Positions 18,896-30,926 of a DNA stretch of 64,000 nucleotides are shown here, one piece after another. The stretch comes from an uncultured Collinsella sp. GTDB taxonomy: Bacteria > Actinomycetota > Coriobacteriia > Coriobacteriales > Coriobacteriaceae. A model generated the notes under the pieces. It saw only the letters and a program-made list of their open reading frames with translations, was not told the origin of the DNA and made no database searches. The translations under genes were made by a program, and so were the position numbers. Within the stretch, counting starts at the first letter, position 1; every line of letters starts with the position of its first letter. The stretch is from assembly GCA_900541005.1 (NCBI GenBank), contig UQIP01000004.1, forward strand, positions 13,697 through 77,696. Direction: 5' to 3'.

Positions 18896-19133
18896 GGAAA
18901 TAGAGACACCTGTTGAAAACTTGTCGAAACCACGGGCATAAGGTGTCTAAAACCCAATCCGCGGTGATGAAAAGTTTTGCGCAGGTTTTGAACGTGGAAA
19001 ACCACCCCTGTTGCACACAGGTTGCTGTCGATTCTCTTTCTGGGTCTGACCTGCGTCTTTGGGAGTAATCAACAGTTTCGTCAGTGCTATTACTATTATT
19101 AAGATATTTATATCTATAGAAAGGTATTAAAAG
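18896..19133. other. Replication origin oriC (dnaA-dnaN intergenic): DnaA boxes, DnaA-trios and AT-rich unwinding element
   Basis: TGTTGAAAA 18911, TGTCGAAAC 18922, TGATGAAAA 18965, CGTGGAAAA 18993, TAATCAACA 19066; (C/T)TA x5 at 19087-19101, then an AT-rich tract; gene orientation switches around this region. Confidence 0.88.
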
Positions 19134-20237
19134 ATGAAGTTCACCGTCAGCCAGAGCTCGCTTACACAAGCCATCGGCGTCGTTATGAAGGGTGTCGCTT
19201 CGGCATCCACCCTTCCCATCCTGTCGGGCGTGCTCGTCAAGGCGCAAGACGGCATCTTGGAATTCCAGACCTCTAACTACACCATCTCGATCCGTCATCG
19301 CATTGCGGCGCATGTCGAAGAAGAGGGCGAGATGGTTATCCCCTGTAAGATGCTCTCCAATATCACCAAGACTCTCCCCGATGCCCCGGTCACCTTTGAG
19401 CTGTCCGAGCGCCAGGTGCTGATTGGTTGCGAGAAGAGCTCTTTCCGCCTGAACACGCTCGATGCCAATGACTTCCCCGAGTTTCCGGCCTATGCCATCG
19501 AGAGTGCCGTGGAGCTGCCGACCGATATCTTGTCCGAGATGGTCGGCCGCGTGTGGCGCGTCACCTCGACCGACAAGGCCCGCCCCATCCTGGGCGGCGT
19601 GCACATGAAGGTCGAGAACAACACCGTGCGCCTGGTGGCGACCGATTCCTTCCGCTTGGCCGTGTGCGATACACAGGTCGAGACCTCAACCCTCGAGGGC
19701 TCCTTTGAACTCAACGTTCCGGCCGACGCCTTTAACGACGCGCTGAACATCATGGCCAGCCGGGCGACCATCATGATCGGGGCTACCGACACCCAGGTCG
19801 TCTTTGAGGCCGGCAACACCACCTACGTGTCGCGCCGCATCGAGGGCGTGTACCCCAACTACAAGCAGCTCATCCCCGATTCGTGCGTGACGAGCGTCAA
19901 GATCGACGTCGCCGCCTTTAACGCCGCCCTCAAGCGCGTGGCCGTTATCGCGAGCGCCAACCCCGCCGTCAAGTTCGAGATCGATGTCGAGAACGGGCAG
20001 ATGGGCCTGTCCTCCATTTCCAATGACCAGGACCTTGCGCAGGAGACGATCGATGTCGAGGCCGAGGGCGAGTCGGGCACCATCGCCTTCAACTACCACT
20101 ACATCTTCGGCTGCCTCAATGCTCTGTCCAAGGAGAAGGAGATCACGCTGGAGCTCAAGAGCTACTCGCAGGCGGGCATCTTCAAGTCCTACGACAAGAT
20201 CAACTACCTGTACCTGGTCATGCCGGTCCGCATCTAG
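19134..20237 (+). CDS. dnaN: DNA polymerase III beta clamp
   Basis: PILSGV, VATDSFRLA, IEGVYPNY, LVMPVR. Confidence 0.97.
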   Translation: MKFTVSQSSLTQAIGVVMKGVASASTLPILSGVLVKAQDGILEFQTSNYTISIRHRIAAHVEEEGEMVIPCKMLSNITKTLPDAPVTFELSERQVLIGCEKSSFRLNTLDANDFPEFPAYAIESAVELPTDILSEMVGRVWRVTSTDKARPILGGVHMKVENNTVRLVATDSFRLAVCDTQVETSTLEGSFELNVPADAFNDALNIMASRATIMIGATDTQVVFEAGNTTYVSRRIEGVYPNYKQLIPDSCVTSVKIDVAAFNAALKRVAVIASANPAVKFEIDVENGQMGLSSISNDQDLAQETIDVEAEGESGTIAFNYHYIFGCLNALSKEKEITLELKSYSQAGIFKSYDKINYLYLVMPVRI

Positions 20238-20246
20238 CGCTGCGCC

Positions 20247-21353
20247 ATGACCATGTTCGCCCGCGATCTTTCCGTCGCGCACTACCGCAGCTTCGATAGC
20301 TATCGTCTTGCCCTGGACGAGGGCGTGACGATACTTGCGGGACCCAACGCGGCGGGAAAGACCAATCTCATAGAGGCGCTGCAGCTGCTGACGAGCGGCG
20401 CCTCGTTTAGGCATCCGACCGCAGCCGAGCTCGTCCGTGACGGCGTGGGATCGTGCAAGGTCGAGCTGAGGCTCGAGGGCGACGGCCGCGTGCTTGATAT
20501 GGGATTGAACGCGGAGGACGGTAAACGCTCGTTTAGCCGCAACGGCAAGAGATGTTCTGCCGCCGGTGTGCGCGGGGTTCTGCCGAGCGTGCTGTTTTGC
20601 CCCGACCATCTGGACATGGTTAAACGAGGCGCCAGTGTGCGCCGCGCTGCCCTCGATGACTTTGGCATGCAACTGAGCGCACGCTATGCCGATCTTGCGA
20701 GCACCTATGGGCGCTGCGTGACCCAGCGTAACGCCTTGCTCAAGGAGACCTGGTGCTGCCGCGAGATGCTCGGCGCGTGGAACGATTCGATTGCCCGCGC
20801 GGGCTCGGCTCTGCTTGTGCACCGGTTGGCCCTGCTCGACCGGCTGGCGGGCCATGTGCACACTGCCTACGGGCAAGTGGCATCCGGTGAGGCTGCCAAC
20901 GTGACCTATACGTCCACGCTGGGGGATTTGCCCCAGGTCGAGGATCGCGAAGAACTGAAGGGCTGGGCGTACGAGCGCATGCTGGCTGCCCTTGATGAGC
21001 ACGCCGACGAGGAAATTCGCCGCGGCGTGACGTTGGTGGGACCGCATCGCGATGAGATTGAGTTTACCGTGGCGGGTCGCTCCGCCCGTTCATTTGCCAG
21101 CCAAGGTCAGCAGCGAACGTTGGTTCTGGCCTGGAAGGTGGCGGAGGTGGCCGTGGCTCGCGATGTCCTGGGCACCGCCCCACTGCTGCTTTTGGACGAC
21201 GTGATGAGCGAACTCGACGGCGAGCGCCGCGGTGCTTTTCTGCGGCTGATCGGCGATGATATCCAGACGGTCATAACCACGACCAACCTGGGGTATTTTA
21301 CCGATGACCTGCTTGATCGAGCCAAGGTGGTGAGCATGGGTGAGACGTGCTAA
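20247..21353 (+). CDS. recF: RecF
   Basis: GPNAAGKTNL, GPHRDE, ASQGQQR, LLLDDVMSELD. Confidence 0.97.
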   Translation: MTMFARDLSVAHYRSFDSYRLALDEGVTILAGPNAAGKTNLIEALQLLTSGASFRHPTAAELVRDGVGSCKVELRLEGDGRVLDMGLNAEDGKRSFSRNGKRCSAAGVRGVLPSVLFCPDHLDMVKRGASVRRAALDDFGMQLSARYADLASTYGRCVTQRNALLKETWCCREMLGAWNDSIARAGSALLVHRLALLDRLAGHVHTAYGQVASGEAANVTYTSTLGDLPQVEDREELKGWAYERMLAALDEHADEEIRRGVTLVGPHRDEIEFTVAGRSARSFASQGQQRTLVLAWKVAEVAVARDVLGTAPLLLLDDVMSELDGERRGAFLRLIGDDIQTVITTTNLGYFTDDLLDRAKVVSMGETC

Positions 21354-21903
21354 TTACGAGCGCGAGAGCGAAACGGTCGCCTTCAGTGGCTTTTTGAACG
21401 CAGAGCGCCAACGCATCCTGGCGGCTGCGACCCCTGAGCGCCGTGCGCAGATGGAGGCTGCCGAGGAGTCGCGCGCGGTCTATCGCGCGTGGAACGCGGT
21501 GTGCTCGGGCACGCGCGAGGGGCGGCATGTGACGGGGCTGCGTTACCTGCCCGAGTCCAATGAACTGCTGGTGTATCTCGACTCGCCCTCGTGGACGCAG
21601 GAAATGACGCTGTTGCGCGAGATCATCCGCGCGCGCATGGAGCGCGCCGGTGCGCATGTGGACGGCCTGGTGTTCAAAACCACCGCACCCGGTCACACGC
21701 CGCCCGCCGCCAAGGGGCGCCTGCGCCCGCCGACGACAGAGCGCCCGCCGGCCCCGCATGCCGACCTCAGCGATGCCGAGCGCACCGAGATTGAGCGCCA
21801 AGTGGCGCCCATCGAAGACCAAAAACTGCGCGAGGCCCTCGAGAATGCCATGAGAGCCAGTGCCGAGTGGGCCAAGGGCGTGCAAAGTAAAAAAGAGCCT
21901 TAA
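21340..21903 (+). CDS. DciA/DUF721 family protein
   Basis: Position between recF and gyrB; W...G, LLVYLDSPSWTQEM...II pattern. Confidence 0.75.
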   Translation: MRRANYERESETVAFSGFLNAERQRILAAATPERRAQMEAAEESRAVYRAWNAVCSGTREGRHVTGLRYLPESNELLVYLDSPSWTQEMTLLREIIRARMERAGAHVDGLVFKTTAPGHTPPAAKGRLRPPTTERPPAPHADLSDAERTEIERQVAPIEDQKLREALENAMRASAEWAKGVQSKKEP

Positions 21904-21929
21904 ATCGCATCTGGTGGCCTTGTAGAGCC

Positions 21930-21959
21930 AAATACCCTCGTTCCCGAGGGTATTTTTTT
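21930..21959 (+). terminator. Rho-independent terminator before gyrB
   Basis: AAATACCCTCG-TTCC-CGAGGGTATTTTTTT. Confidence 0.7.
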
Positions 21960-21966
21960 ACGATAA

Positions 21967-24039
<2,073 letters not shown>

Positions 24040-24045
24040 CCTGTT

Positions 24046-24146
24046 CGGCTTTCCCAGCCACCGCACCTTCGCCCTCAATCGTCGGTCGCGTACCCAAGTA
24101 CGTTTCCCTCCTCTTTCGGGCGAATCTGCGGCACCTGGAAAAGCCG
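24046..24146. repeat. Nested imperfect inverted-repeat element (REP/MITE-like) between gyrB and gyrA
   Basis: CGGCTTTCCCAG/CTGGAAAAGCCG, CCGCA/TGCGG, TTCGCCC/GGGCGAA, apical CGTAC-CCAA-GTACG. Confidence 0.65.
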
Positions 24147-24195
24147 TCTCCGTGGTAGGGAACTAATTAGACCACGCAAACCATGAGGAGGTAAC

Positions 24196-26934
24196 GTGGC
24201 AGACGATATCAACAATAACGAGGGTATGGACGAGGCCGGCGATGCCGGTATGCCCGACGATCTGAAGCGCCTGCTTGCCCGTGCTGAGCAGGGCGAGGAC
24301 GGCGATCCGGACGCCTATAACCCCGATGCCGATGATGATGAGGAAGAAGACGACGCCGAGCTCGAGGAGAGCTTTGGCGAAGTCGACCGTGGCGCCTCGG
24401 CCGGCGAGGATATCAACGGCGGCCAGCTCCAGATTTCGGAGTTTGGCCGCGAGATGAAGCAGTCGTTCATCGAGTATTCGATGTCGGTCATCACGGCGCG
24501 CGCCCTGCCGGACGTGCGCGACGGCTTAAAGCCGGTGCACCGCCGCATCCTGTACGCGATGAACGAGAGCGGCATCTACCCCAACCGCCCGCACAAGAAG
24601 TCAGCTTGGACGGTCGGCGAAGTTATCGGTAAGTACCACCCGCATGGCGATTCCGCGGTCTACGAGGCCATGGTCCGCCTGGCGCAGTGGTTCTCCATGC
24701 GCACGCCGCTCATCGACGGTCACGGTAACTTCGGTAACATCGACGGCGACGGCGCGGCGGCCATGCGTTACACCGAGAGCCGCTTGGCAAAGCCCGCCAT
24801 GGAACTGCTGCGTGACTTGCAGAAGGATACCGTCGACTGGCAGCCCAACTACGACGAATCGCTCGCCGAGCCCGTGGCGCTGCCTGCGCGCTTCCCCAAC
24901 CTGCTGGTCAACGGCAGCCAGGGCATCGCCGTCGGCATGGCCACCAACATCGCTCCGCATAACCTCACCGAGGCGATCGAGGCCACCTGCTACCTGATCG
25001 ACAACCCCGACGCCACCGTCGACGAGCTCATGCAGATCATGCCCGGTCCGGACTTCCCCACCGGCGCCATCATCATGGGCAGCGCCGGCATTAAGCAGAG
25101 CTACGAGACCGGCCGCGGCTCCATTACCGTGCGTGCCAAGGCACACGTGGAGTCCACCAAGACCGGCCGCAGCCGCCTGGTCTTTACCGAGATTCCCTAC
25201 ATGGTCAACAAGGGCACCCTGCAGGAGAAGATCGCCCAGCTCGTCAACGACAAGCGCATCGAGGGCATCTCGGATATGCGCGATGAGTCCAACCAGAAGG
25301 GCATCCGTCTGGTCATCGAGCTCAAGAAGGGCGTCATTCCGCAGGTCGTGCTCAACAATCTGTATAAGTACACCTCGCTGCAGACGACCTTTGGCGCCAA
25401 CAACCTGGCACTCGTCAACGGCGTTCCCAAATGCCTGAGCCTGCGCGAGATGCTGCAGCACTACATCGACCACCAGGTCGACGTCGTCACCCGCCGCACC
25501 CGCTTCGACCTTAAGAAGGCCCAGGCCCGCGCGCATATCCTCGAGGGCTACCTGATGGCCCTTGACCATATCGACGAGGTCATCAGCATCATCCGCTCCT
25601 CGCAGACCGACTCCGAGGCCAGCAGCCGACTGATCGAACGCTTTGGCTTTACGCCCGAGCAGACCACGGCCATCCTCGAGATGAAGCTGCGCCGCCTGAC
25701 CGGCCTGGAGCGCGACAAGATCCAAGAAGAGTTGGACGGCCTGCGCCGCGCCATCGCCTACTACGAGGACCTGCTGGCGCACGAGGAGAAGATTCTGGGC
25801 GTCATCAAGGAAGAGATGCGCGAGATCTCCAAGAAGTTTGGCGACAAGCGCCGCACCGAGATCAGCCAGGTTGAGAAGGACTTGGACGTCGAGGACCTCA
25901 TTGCCGACGAGGATATGGTCGTGACCATCACCCACACCGGCTACGTTAAGCGTATCCCGGTGGCTGCCTACCGTGCCCAGAAGCGCGGTGGCAAGGGCGT
26001 GTCGGGCGTCAACCTCAAAGAGGACGATGTTATCGACGAGATGTTCATCGCGTCCACGCACGAGTATGTGCTGTTCTTCTCGAGCAAGGGCAAGGTCTAT
26101 CGCCTGAAGGTGCACGAGCTGCCGGTGGGTACGCGCCAGGCGCGCGGTACCGCGATCGTCAACCTGCTGCCCTTCGAGGAGGGCGAGAAGATCGCGAGCG
26201 TCATCAGCTGCCGCGAGTTCCCGGCCGACGAGTACCTGATGTTTGCCACCAAGAGCGGCATGGTCAAGAAGACCGTGATGAGCGCTTACGATCGTAGCCG
26301 CCGTGATGGCCTGATCGCTATCAACCTGCGCGACGACGACGCACTGCTGAACGTGCGCCGCGTGCGCGAGGGTGACAAGATTATCCTAGCCACCACCGCG
26401 GGCAAGGCGATCATGTTCTCCGAGGAGCAGGTGCGCGCCACCGGCCGCGATACCAGCGGCGTTCGCGGTATCGGTATGAAGGACGGCGTGAGCGTTCTGG
26501 GCATGGAAGTCACTAACGGCAACGGCGATCTGTTCGTCATCACCGAGCGCGGCTACGGCAAGCGCACGCCGGTCGCGGACTACCCAGAGCAGAATCGCGG
26601 CGGCCAGGGCGTCTACACCATCCAAATGACCGAGCGCAAGGGCAACCTCGCGGCCATGAAGACGGTGGGCCCGCAGCACGAGCTGTTCATCGTGACGGAG
26701 GGTGCGACGGTCATTCGCGTCAAGACCGACGAGATCAGCCAGACCGGCCGCGCCACCCAGGGCGTCAAGATGATGACCGTCGACGACAACGACCGCGTAT
26801 GCGCCGTAGCCCGCATGACGGCAGCCAAAGAGAAGCCCGAAGGCGAAGCAACAGAAGACGGTTCTGCCCCCGAAGAAGCCCCAGTCGATCTAGGCGATGG
26901 CAACGACATGCCAGAAGATCTCCTAGACGAGTAA
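24196..26934 (+). CDS. gyrA: DNA gyrase subunit A
   Basis: [26 protein letters not shown], GyrA-box QKRGGKG. Confidence 0.98.
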   Translation: MADDINNNEGMDEAGDAGMPDDLKRLLARAEQGEDGDPDAYNPDADDDEEEDDAELEESFGEVDRGASAGEDINGGQLQISEFGREMKQSFIEYSMSVITARALPDVRDGLKPVHRRILYAMNESGIYPNRPHKKSAWTVGEVIGKYHPHGDSAVYEAMVRLAQWFSMRTPLIDGHGNFGNIDGDGAAAMRYTESRLAKPAMELLRDLQKDTVDWQPNYDESLAEPVALPARFPNLLVNGSQGIAVGMATNIAPHNLTEAIEATCYLIDNPDATVDELMQIMPGPDFPTGAIIMGSAGIKQSYETGRGSITVRAKAHVESTKTGRSRLVFTEIPYMVNKGTLQEKIAQLVNDKRIEGISDMRDESNQKGIRLVIELKKGVIPQVVLNNLYKYTSLQTTFGANNLALVNGVPKCLSLREMLQHYIDHQVDVVTRRTRFDLKKAQARAHILEGYLMALDHIDEVISIIRSSQTDSEASSRLIERFGFTPEQTTAILEMKLRRLTGLERDKIQEELDGLRRAIAYYEDLLAHEEKILGVIKEEMREISKKFGDKRRTEISQVEKDLDVEDLIADEDMVVTITHTGYVKRIPVAAYRAQKRGGKGVSGVNLKEDDVIDEMFIASTHEYVLFFSSKGKVYRLKVHELPVGTRQARGTAIVNLLPFEEGEKIASVISCREFPADEYLMFATKSGMVKKTVMSAYDRSRRDGLIAINLRDDDALLNVRRVREGDKIILATTAGKAIMFSEEQVRATGRDTSGVRGIGMKDGVSVLGMEVTNGNGDLFVITERGYGKRTPVADYPEQNRGGQGVYTIQMTERKGNLAAMKTVGPQHELFIVTEGATVIRVKTDEISQTGRATQGVKMMTVDDNDRVCAVARMTAAKEKPEGEATEDGSAPEEAPVDLGDGNDMPEDLLDE

Positions 26935-26974
26935 GAGGCTCTAGCTGGTAAAAATCATCAGACCCCATATATCG

Positions 26975-27007
26975 GCGGTCGGCGCACTGCGCGCCGACCG
27001 CTTTTTT
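26975..27007 (+). terminator. Terminator after gyrA
   Basis: GCGGTCGGCGC-ACTGC-GCGCCGACCGC followed by T6. Confidence 0.8.
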
Positions 27008-27187
27008 GAAAACCTTTGAACCCCACGTCGCCCCCGGCTGCCCGGCGGCATGCGAAGTCGATCGCGAGTTCCGCACGAGCAGGAGAGCACTTAATGTGCT
27101 CTCCGTGCGAGCAGGACTGTCCGAGCAGGCGACTTCGCATGCCGCCGGGCAGCCGGGGGCGACACCCCTCAAAGATTTTCAAAAAAG
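27001..27187. repeat. Long palindromic element with 34-bp perfect inverted arms
   Basis: 27027-27060 is the exact reverse complement of 27130-27163; inner GGAGAGCAC/GTGCTCTCC; outer CTTTTTTGAAAA.CTTTGA/TCAAAG.TTTTCAAAAAAG. Confidence 0.85.
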
Positions 27188-27190
27188 TTG

Positions 27191-27220
27191 TTGACGCGCG
27201 CGTAACGACTCGTCTAATAT
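27191..27220 (+). promoter_or_regulatory. Sigma70-type promoter of tRNA-Ile
   Basis: TTGACG-N18-TAATAT. Confidence 0.55.
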
Positions 27221-27234
27221 ATCCCTTGCGCGAT

Positions 27235-27311
27235 GGACCTGTAGCTCAGTTGGTTAGAGCGTCCGGCTGATAACCGGGAGGTCACAAGTTCGAATCTTGT
27301 CAGGTCCACCA
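27235..27311 (+). tRNA. tRNA-Ile(GAT)
   Basis: GGACCTG acceptor stem, TAGCTCAGTTGG D-arm, CT-GAT-AA loop, GTTCGAAT T-loop, CCA end. Confidence 0.97.
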
Positions 27312-27470
27312 TCAAAACTGTGAAGAGCCCTGGGGCATTGCCTTGGGGCTTTTTTCTTGTCTGCGATAAATCTCATTTTGGTTTTGTGTGCTGTGCGAAA
27401 GATTGGGTAGTATAGCTATTCAATGCGGTGGAGCTGCCGCGTGTTAACCGCTACGTACCGGAGGTGTTCC

Positions 27471-27971
27471 ATGGTTCGTGTCGACATAGAGACCATCGTC
27501 ATGGCCGCCGGTCCCGTGCCATCGCTTATCGTGCTTCGCGAGCGCTGCAGCAAATCGGACTCGCCCGCGCCGCTGCGTTCCCTTTCCATTCAGACTGGTT
27601 CGTTTGAAGCCGCTGCCATCAGCCGCGGCATCGATAGCGGCCGCGCCGAGCGCCCGATTACCCATGACCTGTTGCTCGATACTGTTGGCGCCCTGGGCGC
27701 CAAGCTCGAGCGCATCGAGATCGTTCGCGCCGAGCCGCCGGTGTTCTACGCGACGATCGTCGTACTGGCCGATGGTGACGAGCGCAAGATCGACGCCCGC
27801 CCCAGTGATGCCATTGCCCTTGCCGTGCGCAGCAATGCCCCCATGTTTGTGGAGGACGACATCATGAATCGCCTGGGCACTGTTTCTACCCACGCCGAGG
27901 AAGTCGACGACGAGCAGGAGTTCGAGAAGTTCGACGAGTTCGTCCATACGCTCTCCCCCGATGACTTCTAA
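27471..27971 (+). CDS. Bifunctional nuclease family protein (DUF151)
   Basis: FEAAAI, RPITHDLL, IDARPSDAIALA; GGAGG RBS. Confidence 0.9.
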   Translation: MVRVDIETIVMAAGPVPSLIVLRERCSKSDSPAPLRSLSIQTGSFEAAAISRGIDSGRAERPITHDLLLDTVGALGAKLERIEIVRAEPPVFYATIVVLADGDERKIDARPSDAIALAVRSNAPMFVEDDIMNRLGTVSTHAEEVDDEQEFEKFDEFVHTLSPDDF

Positions 27972-28361
27972 ATGCGGGGCGTCCAGGTTGCGGAGCGTTC
28001 GCTGATGGCCGGCGGGATGTCGGCTGAAGCGGCTGCAATCGCCCGCGAGGCCCAGATGCGCTCGGAGGCTTCTGAGGCGGCTCGCATTGCCTATGTGACG
28101 CAGGCCCGCACGCTTCGTGAACGCCGCAGCTCGTTTATCAAGATGGTTGTCATCTCCGCCCTTGTCGCGGCAATCTGCTCGCGCCTTCGTGGTACAGTTG
28201 GTGCGCTTGGGTTTTCGATCTCTACGGGCCTGGTGATTTGGGGCGTGGTCGATGCGGTCATGCTGACCAGCCAGATCAAGGTGCTCGACAAGCGCGCGTC
28301 GGACATGACGCGCGCCCGCGATGCCGCCGCTAAGATCGCCGCCGAGGCGCAAGAACTGTAA
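27972..28361 (+). CDS. Hypothetical two-TM membrane protein
   Basis: ATG abuts the upstream stop; two hydrophobic segments. Confidence 0.65.
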   Translation: MRGVQVAERSLMAGGMSAEAAAIAREAQMRSEASEAARIAYVTQARTLRERRSSFIKMVVISALVAAICSRLRGTVGALGFSISTGLVIWGVVDAVMLTSQIKVLDKRASDMTRARDAAAKIAAEAQEL

Positions 28362-28391
28362 CGACGCCAGACTCGATGGGAAGGTCTAAAG

Positions 28392-28841
28392 ATGGCACAG
28401 GATATGCAGGACGCCGGTAACGTCTCCGCCGAGCTCGACGCCATGGTGTGCGATCTAATCGGCGCGTTCTTGGATGACCTTGCCGCCGGTGAAAACCCCG
28501 GCGTGGTCGTGGCAATTGAGGACGCCGCTTCCAACCGTTATCTGGCGGCGCTCGATGAGGATGGCGAAGAGGCGTGCCTCGAGGCGGCCACCAACTTTAT
28601 CTCCGAGCACAAGATGGGTCTTAAGGACGAGGGCCTGGGCCGTATCGCCCGCTATGCCATCGGCTATACCGGCTGCGTCGAGATTGACGGCGGCTACCAT
28701 GACGCTCTGCTCGTGAGCTTTTTTGAGACGACGCTCGAGAGCGGTTTTTCGGCATATGTACTGTATGAGGGCATGGGCGCCGGCGATGGTTTTATGTGGA
28801 GCGACCCTGAACCTGCAGGTGAGGAAACCCCTCTCATCTAA
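28392..28841 (+). CDS. Hypothetical acidic protein
   Basis: GAAGG RBS, host-like codon usage, operon-like spacing. Confidence 0.7.
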   Translation: MAQDMQDAGNVSAELDAMVCDLIGAFLDDLAAGENPGVVVAIEDAASNRYLAALDEDGEEACLEAATNFISEHKMGLKDEGLGRIARYAIGYTGCVEIDGGYHDALLVSFFETTLESGFSAYVLYEGMGAGDGFMWSDPEPAGEETPLI

Positions 28842-28958
28842 AATCGCTAAAATAAACGAGTTTTCGGTAAAAGGCTCAATATTCCCGCCGAGCGTTGTAT
28901 CGCTGGGCGGGTCGCATACGCGTGCCGTTTGTATATGGATAGAAGATAGGGGAACTAC

Positions 28959-30797
28959 ATGCGCGTAGACAATCTGAGGAACATCGCCATCATCGCTCAC
29001 GTCGACCACGGCAAGACGACGATGGTCGACAAGCTCCTGCGTGCCACGGACGCCTTCCGTGCCAACCAGCAGGTCGAGGACCGCGTCCTGGATTCCAACG
29101 ACCAGGAGCGCGAGCGCGGCATTACGATTCTCGCCAAGAACATCTCTATCGAGTACAAGGACGTTAAGATCAACGTCATCGATACCCCGGGCCACGCCGA
29201 CTTTGGCGGCGAGGTCGAGCGCGTGCTGCGTATGGCCGACGGCGCCCTGCTGCTGGTCGACGCTTTTGAGGGCCCCATGCCCCAGACCCGCTTCGTGCTG
29301 CGTCACGCTATCGACACCGGCCTTAAGATCATGATCGTCATCAACAAGATCGATCGTCCGGGCGCCAACCCCGAGAAGGCCTACAACGACTGCCTGGACC
29401 TCATGGCCGACCTGGGCGCAACCGACGACCAGCTCGAGTTCGCCATGGAGCACGTGGTCTACGCCAGCGCCATGAATGGCTTTGCTCGCCTTGACCCCAA
29501 CGACGGCAACATGGACATGTATCCGCTGCTCGATATGATCATCGACGACATGCCCGCGCCCGAGGTTGACGAGAACGCCCCGCTGGCCATGCAGTGCGTG
29601 ACCATTGACCACTCCAACTTCGTTGGCCGTATCGGCATCGGTCGCGTGTACTCCGGCACCATCCACCAGGGCGACCAGATTTTGGTTGTGAAGAACGACG
29701 GCTCCAGCGCCACCGCTACCGTCAAACAGCTCTTTACCTTCGACTACCTGGGCCGCACCGAGTGCCAGGAAGTCGGCGCCGGCGACATCGCTGCCGTCGT
29801 GGGCATCGACCGCACCGATATCGGCGATGTCTACACCGATCCCGAGAACCCCGTTGAGCTCGAGCCCATCGAGATCGACCCGCCGACCATGTCCATCGTC
29901 TTTGAGGCGTCGACCTCCCCGCTCGTCGGTCGCGACGGCGACATCGTGGGCGCCCGTCAGCTCAAGGAGCGCCTGTTCAACGAGGCCGAGAACAACGTGA
30001 CCATGAAGATCGAGGAGCTCGAGGACAAGAGCGGCGTCGAGGTCTCGGGCCGCGGCATTCTGCACCTATCCGTTCTGATGGAGTCCATGCGCCGCGAGGG
30101 CTTTGAGTTCCAGGTCGGCCGTCCCCGCGTTCTGTTTAAGAAGGACGAGAACGGCAACAAGATGGAGCCTGTCGAGCAGGCCGTCGTCGAGTGCCCGGAC
30201 GAGTACTCGGGCAAGGTCGTTGAGGTCTTCGGCACCTCCGGCGGCATCATGACGAGCATGGATACCTCGGGCATCGTGACGCACCTCGAGTTTAAGATCC
30301 CGACCCGCGGCATCATGGGTCTTAAGAACCGCATTATGAACGTTACCCACGGCGAGGGCGTGTTCTACCACACCTTCCTGGAGTATGGTCCTTACGCCGG
30401 CGAGATCGGTAACCGTCAGAACGGCGCCATGATCTCCATGACCACCGAGAAGGCCGTTGCCTATGCTCTGGGTACGCTGCAGGAGCGCGGCCAGCTGTTT
30501 GTTGAGCCGGGCACCGAGTGCTATGAGGGCATGATCGTGGGCGAGCGCAGCAAGGCCGGCGACATGGTCGTCAACATCGCCCGTACCAAGAACCTGGGCA
30601 ACCAGCGTTCCTCGACCTCCGATATCTCCGTCCAGCTGGTGCCGCCCCGCACTTTCTCGCTGGAGGAAGCGCTGGAGTACATCGCCGACGACGAGCTGGT
30701 CGAGATCACTCCCAAGAACATTCGCCTGCGCAAGCGTCTGCTCAACGCCACCGACCGCAAGAAGGCTGCCGTCCGCGCCGGCCAGGTCAACAAATAA
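28959..30797 (+). CDS. typA: Translational GTPase TypA/BipA
   Basis: [52 protein letters not shown]. Confidence 0.97.
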   Translation: MRVDNLRNIAIIAHVDHGKTTMVDKLLRATDAFRANQQVEDRVLDSNDQERERGITILAKNISIEYKDVKINVIDTPGHADFGGEVERVLRMADGALLLVDAFEGPMPQTRFVLRHAIDTGLKIMIVINKIDRPGANPEKAYNDCLDLMADLGATDDQLEFAMEHVVYASAMNGFARLDPNDGNMDMYPLLDMIIDDMPAPEVDENAPLAMQCVTIDHSNFVGRIGIGRVYSGTIHQGDQILVVKNDGSSATATVKQLFTFDYLGRTECQEVGAGDIAAVVGIDRTDIGDVYTDPENPVELEPIEIDPPTMSIVFEASTSPLVGRDGDIVGARQLKERLFNEAENNVTMKIEELEDKSGVEVSGRGILHLSVLMESMRREGFEFQVGRPRVLFKKDENGNKMEPVEQAVVECPDEYSGKVVEVFGTSGGIMTSMDTSGIVTHLEFKIPTRGIMGLKNRIMNVTHGEGVFYHTFLEYGPYAGEIGNRQNGAMISMTTEKAVAYALGTLQERGQLFVEPGTECYEGMIVGERSKAGDMVVNIARTKNLGNQRSSTSDISVQLVPPRTFSLEEALEYIADDELVEITPKNIRLRKRLLNATDRKKAAVRAGQVNK

Positions 30798-30824
30798 GCG
30801 CTGGGCTTTATAGCGACTAACAAG

Positions 30825-30921
30825 AAAGGGCGTCGACCGCAATGGTCGGCGCCCTTTTTGGTGCAAGGGGATTGAGCTGGTCTGCACCGCCACAAGGGTG
30901 CCTGGCCCCTTTGTGGCGGTT
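30825..30921. terminator. Two hairpins between typA and the convergent gene
   Basis: AAAGGGCGTCGACC...GGTCGGCGCCCTTTTT and ACCGCCACAAGGG...CCCTTTGTGGCGGT. Confidence 0.65.
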
Positions 30922-30926
30922 GGCGG

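Noticed and set aside
24640..24670. Quinolone-resistance substitution in GyrA
   Set aside because: The QRDR reads HGDSAVYE, keeping Ser and an acidic residue at the key positions
27006..27270. Short ORFs across the long palindrome
   Set aside because: Mirror-image peptides generated by the inverted repeat; no RBS
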